64,000 nucleotides of DNA, taken from the NCBI RefSeq assembly GCF_016432865.1, contig NC_067401.1, positions 27,776,001 through 27,840,000 on the forward strand. The letters run 5' to 3'. The position numbers and the translations under genes are program-made. Of the stretch, positions 15,228 to 26,000 are shown piece after piece; position 1 is the stretch's first letter, and each line of letters starts with the position of its first letter. The notes under the pieces were generated by a model. The model saw only the letters and a list, made by a program, of their open reading frames with translations, made no database searches and was not told where the DNA came from. This DNA is from Antechinus flavipes (taxonomy: Eukaryota).

Positions 15228-15276
15228 GACCCGACCTGACCCTGACCTGACCCTGACCTGACCTTGACCTGACTTG
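15228..15276. repeat. (TGACC/TGACCC)n array of nuclear-receptor half sites
   Basis: gacccgacctgaccctgacctgaccctgacctgaccttgacctgacttg; includes AGGTCAAGGTCA on the minus strand at 15259-15270. Confidence 0.85.
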
Positions 15277-15390
15277 AGCACAGCGACATAGACGGAGATG
15301 CCCCTCCCACCCAAACACACAGAGTGCCCCTCTAGACGCTCCTCCCTAGAGCCCCTCCCACCTAGACACATACACTCTCCCACAGACATA

Positions 15391-15540
15391 GTGCTCCTCT
15401 AGATGCCCCTCCTATCCAGACATACACAGAGTGCTCCTGTAGATGCCCCTCCCATCCAGACATACACAGAGTGCTCCTCTAGATGCCCCTCCCATCCAGA
15501 CATACACAGAGTGCTCCTCTAGACGCCCCTCCCACAGACA
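15391..15540. repeat. 40-bp minisatellite, about 3.5 copies (degenerate copies from about 15295)
   Basis: Unit gtgctcctctagatgcccctcccatccagacatacacaga starts at 15391, 15431, 15471 and 15511. Confidence 0.9.
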
Positions 15541-16991
15541 CGGTCGCTCCTCTAGACACCACCTCTTCACACAGACATAGCAGCCCCCACAGACAGCCCC
15601 TCCCATAGCGAATCCCGTCCTTCGTGCACAGAAGGACCCCTTCCCAATGGCCCAGTAGCCCCTCAAGCCCTCTTGCTCTGAGTGGGTGGGCCTGGCCTTG
15701 GGCTCCCAGCACCTAGACCAACCCTGAGGTTAGACCTTCAGGTCTATTTTGTGCTTTCTCTGGCTGGCCCGCGCACCAGGGGGCAGAACCCGCCCACGCC
15801 TGATTGGGCAGAAGGCAGAATTCCCGCCCGAGGGGTCCGGGTGATGGTCCTGCTATTGCAGGCCAGGAAACTGCGTCTGAGAAATGGGGTCCCCTTCGTC
15901 GCCCCCCCTCCCGGGGGTTCCCCAGGCCTTTGTAGACACAGGAGGGCTTCACTTTTCCCCTGCTCAGAGGCACTGCCCCGTTTGTTAAGGGCCGCTGTCC
16001 GAGGTCTCGGGCGAGGCCTTAAGGCCTCAGTAATATCAGGACAACACCCAGAGTCACATATAACCATAAGGCAGAGGCCGTCTAGGTGTGGGGAAGGTCA
16101 TTACTGCCTGGAGAGCAGGACGGAAGAAGCTTCACGGAAGAAGTGGCATTTTCTCTGGGCACTAAGTGAGGCGTGTGTCACGGATGGTGACTGAGAAATC
16201 CGGCCGGACCCCTCCCGGACCCTCGGAGCAGCCCCAGGCACCTCTTCACTGGGAGTTCCCCATGTGTGATCTCATTTGAGGAGGTGTCGGGGAACGTCTT
16301 ATCCTCATTTTGCAACTGAGGAGACTGAGGCAGGCCGAGGGTCACACGGCTAGTCAGTGTGCTGAGGCTGCCTCTGAACTCTGTAATCCGGCACCGTTCA
16401 CCACGTCACGAGACTCTCAATAAAAAGTGGGGAAGGGGGAGACCGGTCTGTTCCAGCCTCGGCAACGGAGCCAAGGAAGTCGGGGTTCTCCTGCGCCCCC
16501 AAGGCCGCACTGCCCTCCACTCGCAGGTTCCCGGCTCAGTCCGGTCGCCTTCGCATCTCACACCGAAGGAGCTCCTCAACACGCACTTAAGCTCGGTGCT
16601 GCGCGCGTCTGTGTCCATGCAAACACCCACATGTGTCGTTGACATTTTACTGAGCTCTCACATCCTTTTTTGGGGTCACACAAAGGCCCCCCTGCAGAAC
16701 TCTCATGCCTCACTGCCTTAGACACACTGATCCCCAAGTTCTCCAAGAGCCCCGAGAGCCTTGGACACTGACTCCCTGTCCCAGGCCCCGCTGCCGTTCC
16801 CAGCCGGCCTCGCTCCGCCTCTCCAGCGCTCCCTGATACCACTTAGGTCCGTGGCACTAATCAGCCCCTTCTGCCCACGGCCCGGAGTCACGTTCTCTTG
16901 CAATTTCTTCTCTTCTAGCCCTTGAAGACCAAGTTTCCCTTCCCCTAGAGGTACCGACAAATAAGCCCACCTTTACGACCAGTAGCATCTG

Positions 16992-17252
16992 ATGGCCCAG
17001 GTAGAATTTGAATTGGCATGTGCAGCAGTTAAGCAGCTGACAGGCCCCGTCTCTGACGAGGAGAAACTGGTAGTGTATAGCTACTACAAGCAGGCCACCA
17101 TTGGGGACATCAACATCCCCTGCCCAGAAGTCACCGACTTCAAAGCCAAAGCCAAGTGGGAAGCTTGGAACTGCCGCAAAGGGATGTCCAAGCTGGACGC
17201 CATGAGGATATACGTGTCCAAAGTGGAAGAGCTAAAGAACAAACAGTGTTAA
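16992..17252 (+). CDS. DBIL5: Diazepam-binding inhibitor-like 5 / endozepine-like peptide (ACBP family), 86 aa, intronless ORF
   Basis: ACBP signature [11 protein letters not shown]...KAKWEAW...KGMSK.DAM..Y..KVEEL. The N-terminus [22 protein letters not shown] resembles rodent Dbil5 more than DBI. It sits at the human DBIL5P position between GEMIN4 and GLOD4. AATAAA at 17354-17359. Confidence 0.9.
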   Translation: MAQVEFELACAAVKQLTGPVSDEEKLVVYSYYKQATIGDINIPCPEVTDFKAKAKWEAWNCRKGMSKLDAMRIYVSKVEELKNKQC

Positions 17253-17864
17253 AAAGACCAGCCTTCCCAGGAGGGGAAGAATCAACTTAATCTTATTATG
17301 GAGGGCGACTGAATTCCTTTGAGACCCTAGGAACCTAGTTAGGAACTATAACTAATAAATCGCTTTAAAAGGCAAATCCCAAATGTGGATTTGTGACTTC
17401 TTTGGTGGGGGGAGAAGGAGCAGAATATGGATCTACTATAGGCCTGAAAGGGCCCCAAGAAGGGCTGGATCCCCAGAGACCTCCCCTCTTCAGAAGCTAA
17501 GCTCTGTAAGCCTTCCCCAGTCCAGGTTTGGTCTGGAGCCAGCTTTGTTCTGTAATGATCTCTGGGGCTTGTAAGATACAGCTATGGGAAGCCCCATTTT
17601 TGTTAGGGAGAAACCATGTTAATGGCAGTTTTAGTGAGTAAACTATGCCCTGGGTCTTAATCCTGGTTCTGCTCTTGACAACCACTGATAACACCCTGAG
17701 CAAAGGTGGGCCCTATTGTCCCCCAAGTTTTTAAAAGGTAAAAGCTGTTCCACCGGCCCCACGGACATTAGTAGAAATGAAAATGACAGTTGTTGAGGGT
17801 GTAGAGAGAAGAGCATGTTGTATATAAATGCAAAGTTCTTAAAGCTTCCACTAGAAGCCAAACA

Positions 17865-18960
17865 TAGTATCAGTTTTCCCACATTCCCTCCAACATTTGT
17901 CATCTTTTCCTGTCATCTTAGCCAATCTGAGAGGTGAAGTGGTACCTCAAGCTTAATTTGCATTTCTCTGATCAGTGATTTAGAGCACCTTCTCATATGA
18001 CAGAAATGGTTTTAATTTCTTCATCTGAAAATTGTCTATTCATAAACTTTGACCATTTATCAACTGGAGAATGGCTTGAATTCTTATAAACTTGAGTCAA
18101 TCTGTTATGGGCCAGAACTTGAAACAAGGTGCTAAGTTGTTGGAATCGCTAGAGACAATGCTTATGTACTTGGATTCAACCTTTAAGAGAGTTCACACAT
18201 TAGTTCACACATTAGAATTTACATCTTTAAGAGAGTCAAGATTCAGTGGAGAAGATTTACAAGTCACAGCTCCCACAAGCCCACTCTCTCTCGGAGGAGT
18301 CAGATCCATTCAATATTCTACCATTGTGCTGGCTGGAGGCTTTGGATTCATGGGGAGCTGGAGGCTGAAGCTGGCAGAGGCAAAGAACTAGGAACAAGAG
18401 CGCTCTGAACCAAGGAAAGCTAACCAGGCTATTTTGGAAGAGACAATAAAGGATTGGACTTTAACAGCTGGCTGCATTTGAGGTGATTATTACACAGAAC
18501 TGAAACGAAGGCTGCTCCCAGAAGCCCCCCAAGAAACCTGCTCACAAAGAACATATTTTAGAGAAGTGAACATTACATCAATCGTGTATTTTAGAAATGA
18601 AGCCTTTATCAGAAGCTTTGAATGTAAAAATTGTTTTCTCAGTTTATTGCTTCCCTTCTAGTCTTGTTTGTACAAAAGCATTTTAACTTTATAATCAAAA
18701 TTATCTATTTTTTGTTCAATGATGAATTCCAGTTCTTTGGCCATAAATGCCTTCTCCACAGATCAGAGGAGGTAAACTATCCTTTGTTGTTCTTTTTTGC
18801 TTATAATATTACTGTGAATAAATCATAAACCCATTCCAACCTTTTTGATATATGGTGTTAAGTGTGGGTCCATGCCTAGTTTCTGCCATACTAGTTTCCA
18901 TTTTTCCCAGCAGTTTTTATCCTTATCTATTAATTATACTAGTTATCCCCAGTATCCTTT
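17865..18960 (-). mobile_element. older L1 ORF2 3' fragment, split by a solo LTR
   Basis: 17865-18102 and 18584 onward are collinear with the L1 copy at 28480-28830 (...cttataaa.ttgagtca / ttt.gaaatgag.cctttatcagaa...). Confidence 0.8.
18103..18577 (+). mobile_element. solo LTR of an endogenous retrovirus (475 bp)
   Basis: TGTTATG...CATTACA termini (6/7 inverted repeat), perfect 6-bp TSD TCAATC at 18097-18102 and 18578-18583, internal AATAAA at 18445-18450. Confidence 0.88.
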
Positions 18961-21956
18961 CCTCTTCCTCTTACAGAGAAACATCCCACACAGCATAGTA
19001 TTTTTTTTATTTCAATTTTTCAACTTACATGTAAAGCGATAGTTTTCAACATTTATTTTTGTAAGATTTTGAATTCCAAATTTTTTTATTTCTCCCTCTT
19101 TTACCTTCACCCTTGCCAAAATAGCAAGCAATCTGTATAGGTATTATAACATAGTATTTTTTTTAAGAGGAAAAAAAATCACAAGAGATGCATTGAAAAT
19201 GTCTGCTGAAACACATTCACAAAGTGGGGAAAGAGTTGGGAGTATCTTCTATCATTTTATTATATTCACTTCTGATTGGTCCCAGAATATAATCTTTCCT
19301 GGGACGACATATCTAAGCAAAATGAACGCGCCCAACTTGGAATCCCAGTAATTCTCCAACTAGTGATACATTCCATGAATGCGCCCGTCCAGCTGCTAAA
19401 CTGGGACAAAGATTACAAAGTTTTGGAAAGCCCTACAAGGAAAACAAATCTGTAGGAACTTAGGGTTTCCCACTGCAGCATTCTCCCAAACTAACCACTT
19501 TTGCCACAGTGTTTCTGCAATCCCAAAAGGATGCCCACCATGACCAGCCTTACAGCCCCTACTCTTAAGATCCTCCTGTAATGTCTATGACCAGAAATGG
19601 AAACAGAAACAACTTGGGGCTGGTCTGACTCTTTTTAGGTAGACTTTAGAAACAGAGAGGCCTTGTAGCTTTAAATGCTGGGATCTCTGTCACTGAATGT
19701 GACCTGAAAAGCAAGATTGTTTTCAAAGGAATTCTTCTGCCTTTGAGGGAGGGAAGTCTCCCATCTGGTCTTAAGATCTGACAGCCACTAGGAAAGCTGC
19801 TAGGGGCCAAAGTTGGACTGGACTGTGACCTATGGACACCGTAATGCTGTTCCTCTGCCTCCCCCCTCTTCCGACAGGCTGCATGGGCCCGTTTGGGCCC
19901 TTTTGCAAGGAATGATAGCTATGCAATAGCAAAGTTCCCATGGTGACATGCCATGGACGGTTTTATAAGGCCTGGTGGAATTTGCTTTCCCAGTGTACCC
20001 ACTACTGCTACCTGGGGAATTTGTGGGGCTGGGGGCGGGGAAAACAACCATCCTCAATTCCACCCTTAGTACCTAGATTGATCATGGAACATTTAAGAAT
20101 TTAGCAGTGATAAAAGACTTCATGGGCTTATTTTAGTGTGGGGAAAAGTCAGGTTCAAAGACGTGGTTTTGAAAATTTAAACTAGTGGGAAGTTTTTAAA
20201 ACAATATGTGAAATTACCAAACAGTCTATAGCAACCAAAGATAGTTCCTTTTTGGTCTCTGGAACAAAGTCAGCAGGGAATAGCTTTGATTTCCCCTTTT
20301 GAGTCAGAAGTGGTTTGGTGTCATGGAAATTTGGGCTTCCAGAACCAAGACCACCTCAGGCATACGAGCTGTGCAGCACCTGTGCCAGACCCTGCGCAAA
20401 CATCTCATTTAATCTTCACAACCACCAGGGAAAGTTGAGGAAACTGAATTGGAGGCTCAGCGACAGGTTGGTGAATATTTGCCTGAGGTTGGACTTGAGC
20501 AGCCTTTCTGACTCCAAGCCTGGTGCTCTAATCACTGCTCCACCTACGGTATCCACGGTCTGGTCACACACTTAGAAAAATCAATACCACTGATGTCCTT
20601 CAACACTTACAATTATGTTTTAATGCGATTCTGCTTCTTGTGGATTTGTTCTTTAGTCAGTCGCGGAGATGACAACTTGCCCAGGCAATCTCCTCCCTTA
20701 GGGAATGCCAGATGCTGATAAAATAGCTGGTTCAGTTCCTATCCCGATATCCAGCCAGATGCTGTCAGGACACTGAAGCCTGAAACCATCACCGACTGTG
20801 GGCTATTAATCCCTCCCGGCTCTGTGGAAATTGTGCATCTGAGGAGCTGGAAGGAGCTACCTGGAGAGGGGGAGTCCTTCCTTGCTGGATGTCTTTAAGG
20901 CAGAAGCTAGACAACCATTTGTAAAGCATGGAATCATTTTGGAAATAGGTAGGACTAGAGAACCATGGCCATCTCAAAACTGTGACTTCTGTTAAGAAAC
21001 TTACTGTAGCCCAAGCTGGAATGTCTGTAACATTTATTTATGGCCTGTTTGTCAAGTTCCCAAGTCATGGGTGCCCTTGCTTCCCTTCTAAAATTACTGA
21101 CAAATCTAAATTGGGTTTCATTGTAGGCAAGTGGGGAGAGCTGCAGGTGCCCCTGAGAGGTTTCAACAATGCAGAGCCCTTTCCCCTCAAGAGATGCTGA
21201 GGAAGGCAGAACAGAGCACGGGCCAGCTCTTAAACATCTCATCTAATTCTGAATACAGAACATTCTCCTGAGTCAACAGAGGTGAACATATGGATGTTTA
21301 TCTTTGAAATGTACTTTTATGCCTGTCCTTGATGCTAGGGGACAGGCCTATATTTTACATCCAATAATAAAGCCACTCTGTGACCAATAATGAGTAGAAC
21401 TGATCAGCACCTTGGTCTTCCCATCTGGCAGGCACTCACTGCTTTTCCTTACATAGGAAGTAGTTTTATAGGTTCTTTCTGACTTAAGAATTACTGAGCA
21501 CCTCAAACATTCAACTACCTAGATAAAAGTAAGATGTACTTTAAACCTCACCCTGTGCAGAATGAGTGTCATCACATCCCCGGGGTGTGTAAGCAAATGG
21601 GCAATGAATTAGTGAGAGCTGATACTGTCAGGGTATTTCACTCTTAACCTTCACAATGGGTAATTAAAATTCCACAGGCATACCAAGTGTGGGCACCCTG
21701 TGGGCTGGATCCTTACAAGGCATAGGGGTGTTGCCACTGGCTGGTGTACCCACTTTAGTTTGACCAGTTCAGGAGAAGGCTGTTGGGGAAAAGCCTTAAG
21801 ATGGAAAAAAGGAATAGAATTCACAAATCACTGAAAAAACTGAGAAGGAAATTTGACAATTCAAGGTCTGTGTAAACAATTCTTATCCCCACACAGAACA
21901 TAAATGAACCATTAAACAATAAATATCACTATCAAATCACCTTGAGTATCATATAC

Positions 21957-21962
21957 TTTATT
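21957..21962 (-). terminator. probable GLOD4 polyadenylation signal (proximal alternative 23005-23010)
   Basis: Minus-strand AATAAA about 1.07 kb after the stop. Confidence 0.5.
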
Positions 21963-23026
21963 TTTGTACATTATACAGAAAAAAATACCATCTGTTCTCC
22001 TGGAAAAATCCTGATAGTCCTAACTACTTTCTGATGCTCTGTAAATCATTTGAAATATGCATTAGGAGTTACAGGAATGAGTGAAAATCTTCCCAAGTCT
22101 AATATTCAAAAACATTGTTAAGGTGGTATTATAAACCAGGGTTTTCTCTTAAAATCCCAGCTTCAGGTAAGAGCTCACAGTTTAAATTTTAATGTGTGGC
22201 TTTGAGACTGGTTCTTTGGAGCCAGCCTTCCCCAGCCCCATTCCATCCTCTTTATGAAAAGAATTAACCCATCGCTGCTTTAATTCCTAACCCTAAGAAT
22301 TGGGGAAATTTTTCTCCTTTTTGAAATGAACAAAGCCCAACCCTAGTCAACTGAATATTAAACAAAATCTCCATACTCAATTATACCAAAAAAAGACATA
22401 AAACACCCCTATAAATCACAGGGAAAACTGATTTAAAAGCTAGTACCATTTAATTTCAAGAAATCCAAAAAGTGACATTCCATTTTCCTTTGGTCCCACA
22501 GAAGTTTGAAAAGTGGAGAGGAAGATGGCCCATAAAATTCTTCATGCCTTTTCCACCTCCCGCTCATGAATCTTCTGCTTACCATCAACTTACTAATTTG
22601 ATATCCTTTTGGGATAGTGAGCCCATATCCTTTATTGACTTAGAATCTGATTTGACTTTTTACATCAAGTTCTTTTAGTAAAGAACTCTAGGATCTCTGC
22701 CTTAGTCACAGTATCTGCCCAGACTGGGGCTCCAGTTCTGGGAAAAAGCCACTATTTCTAAAGTCCTGGCAAATTGTGAGTTTGCTGAACCTGTGCCCCC
22801 ACCAAATCCATGTAACTAATCTGTGATCAGAATGGTGGGCCTACAAAAGGGGACAACTTGAAAGATCCAGGATTGAAATTTCACTAAGACACTTCTCCCC
22901 AAAAGGCACAAAGACTATGTCCTTGGGCCCCCCTAAAAAATAAGAGCCTCAGGAAACACTCCATCTCTAGTGCTGGATGGGAGTCGGGACAAACAGCTTA
23001 AGTCTTTATTCAAATGATGTCTTCCA

Positions 23027-26000
23027 TTATCCAGAAGCCTTCGGTATATTTTTTTTAGCAAACCACTCATCACTTTTGTCTGCTGCCATTGCCTATCCAA
23101 AGAGAATCGAGGGAAAATGGTAGTTAAAATGGAGGGAAAAATACCTGGACTGGCACAAAGGGCTCCCCAGCTGAGAAGTGGGGCTGTTAGAGCAGGAGTG
23201 ACTGGCCGAAGGGGCTAAGTGCTATTACTGGCCACCCCACACTGCCAGCTCCCAAGACACAGGAAGCATAATGGAAAGAGCAGCAAATTAAAAACCAGAC
23301 ACTAACCACTGTGTAATTATTTTGACCAAACTGGGCCTCAGAGAATAGGGAGAAAATATACCCCTCTCCCTGATTTGCAGAGATGGGAGACTACAGACGA
23401 GGAACACAGAATATACTTTAGATTCAACTGATAGAAGTTTGGTTTGTTGAACTCATTTTTCCTCAGAGATGGCTCTCTGGGAAAGGAAAAGGAAATGAGT
23501 TATCTGAAAATGATAAAATGCCAATAAGTATTAAAAATACCAACTCAACCTCTTGTTCTCCTCCCTTAAATCAAGTCAATAATAAGGCACCTACTATGTG
23601 CCAAGCATTGTGTAGGAGCTGGAAATGCAAAGAAAGGCAAAGTCAATTCCTGCTGTCTTCAAGAAGACAGCAGACAAATGCTATGAATGTCCAAGCTCTG
23701 GATAGGATAAACTGGACATAAACAGAGGAAGGTCAAGGTGCTCCAGTGAAGGAAACTGGGAAAGGATTCCAGGACAAAGGATCTGAGCTGGGGTTTAAAA
23801 GGAAAGCAGGAGGCAGAAAGGAGCAAACAGAGCAAGGTAGGTTTGGGGGACACTGAGAAAAAATGGCCTTAAAGCTCAATAATGAAAAACTTTCTGTAAT
23901 ATGGACCAAGCCTGGAAAAAATCCCTTGCTGGCATCTTCCACATTGGTAGCTTGCTGTTACCCCAATAAAGCAACAGACCTGGCTCTCTCCGGCCCCCAA
24001 AGGCATGGTTTTCCAAGTCAGAATCAGAGCCCCCTAGCACAAGTCACTCCATCCCAATCCAAGGTATTCCAGGACAAGGGGAACAAAAAAGGACACGTAT
24101 TCAGAAAATAAACAAGACTCACATCATCCAACAATTTGTTCCCATTTGGATCCATCTTGGAAAGTTCTCGAAATGCTTCATCGCCCACAAAACAAATTTC
24201 ATGTCCGTCCTAAACAGGACAACAAAGGGTCAGAGTCCGGGCCTAAGGCAGCTCGCTGCCCCAGCCCGCTCACGGGCTCCTCCTTACCGGGTCAGCCAGA
24301 ATGACCACCTGGACCGTCGCTTTCCCAGGTGTATCCAGACTAACGAGAGGGGTCAGAATCTTTTGGTTCTCCTTTTTCATCAGTGCTTCTATGTCTGGTA
24401 ACTTAGGAAACAGAGACAGAGGCTTGGGGTCAGGAGCTGCTCCCTGCCAGCCTCTGCCAGTCGGGGCAGGCCAATGTCAAACAGGGAGAGAACCCTGGCT
24501 CCCTTTGTTTGCTTTTGGTATCTCAGCTGGGAGAGGTGGCCAAGAAGGGGCGCGCTCAGCAGCCCCCTGGGAACGTGGGGCTGAGGGGTGTGGCAGGGTT
24601 CAGGGCAATGTTCACCACCAAAGACCAAACAGGAGTGAGCCAGAACCACCCAGTCACTCAGAGAGGGGGGAGAGAGCAGGGGTGGGGGGAGATGGGACGG
24701 GGGGAGAGGGCGGAGGCCAAGTAGGGCTGTCAAGGCCTGGAGCAGGGCCGATGAGAACGGGTTACCTCTCTCTTGGGGCAGGAGAAAGCAATCCTCCCAA
24801 AGGCCGTCCCATGATCCACGGCTCCCTTGATGCCCTGTAACTCCAGCTTGCACTGAAAGGAACCCAGAAGCGGCCATTTAGGGGCCAGCTCGAGCCTCCC
24901 CAGTCAGCAGGGGGCCCAGCCCGGCGCTCACCTGGCTGTCTGCGTAGCCCAGCAGAGCCCGCTGGTGCTCCTCGTCCCTCTCATACACCGTCATGCCCAG
25001 CAGGTCCGACCAGTAGTGCAGGGACGTGCCCAGGTTGGACACGGCCAAGGTCACTTTCAGCACAGGGTCTGCGGGTCAGAAACAACTCCACTTGCGCATT
25101 CGTGCCTTCTCGTGCCTCGCTGATTAAGCCCCGGCCTAATCACCCACCTTCATCTCACCAAGGGTTTGTGGGGATGTGTTCACCAGCCATGAGAACAACA
25201 GAACCCTGAGTAGGGGCCTGATCCCCCAGGGCTCCCTGAGGGAAGACCTCCAGAACAACGGGGAACGCAGTACTGGAGGGTTAGGATTAGGGTTAGGGAT
25301 GGGGAGGAGGAGGCCGGAGGTCAGGGAGCCCCTTCCATCAGACCCTATGAAAGGAGCTACAATCTGACTTTGCGACAGGTCCTCAAGGACTCCGGCTCTT
25401 TTGCAGGTGTTTAACTTGGTGGACTGGCACTAACCAGCTCTACTCACAAGGCAAAAGACAGCTGACAGGGCAAGTGGGCACCCAGACCCTCCCAGCGCTC
25501 CAGATTCTGGCTTCGTTCCAGCCTCAAGAGCTTGGAGGTGGCAAGGCTGAGAAGGGACAGAAGTGCCTCCTGAGACACTTGGAGACAGCCCGGCTCCGGA
25601 GGAGAGGAGCCAGGGGGCAGAAATCACCCCCTGTGCCCGACCTGCTGAGAAGCCTTCTTCCCTTTGCGTTTGGCCCTCGGGGGGCAGGAGGGCACTGCCC
25701 AGTAAGTACCTGATGGGGGCTGACTGTGGTTCTTTAAATAGAACTTATATCCTCCGGGGGCTTCGGTTTCGAAAAGTCCCTCGGCGATCTCCCGCAGTGG
25801 CCACTCGGCCTCCTTGGCCTTGGAGACGGCCTGGCTGGAGACCAGGGTGAGGCCCTGGGACAAAAGCATACCAGAGTGACTCTACCTGATGGCCAGGCTG
25901 ATAAGAGGCTCATTTCACCTCCAGAGCAAGATAAGGCTCAACCCTGTGACTTCATCTCAGCTCAGTTCCCCTTCTGATCAGCAGCAACCAGGGGGAATTT

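Larger units (their letters stand above)
14050..15300. promoter_or_regulatory. CpG-island promoter of GEMIN4, probably bidirectional with DBIL5
   Basis: High CpG density and GC boxes around GEMIN4 exon 1; strong CTCF-type motif CCGGTAGGGGGCGCTG on the minus strand at 15138-15153. Confidence 0.75.

Noticed and set aside
15391-15540. Repeat arrays resembling CRISPR
   Set aside because: Head-to-tail units without unique spacers, in a eukaryotic genome; an ordinary minisatellite.
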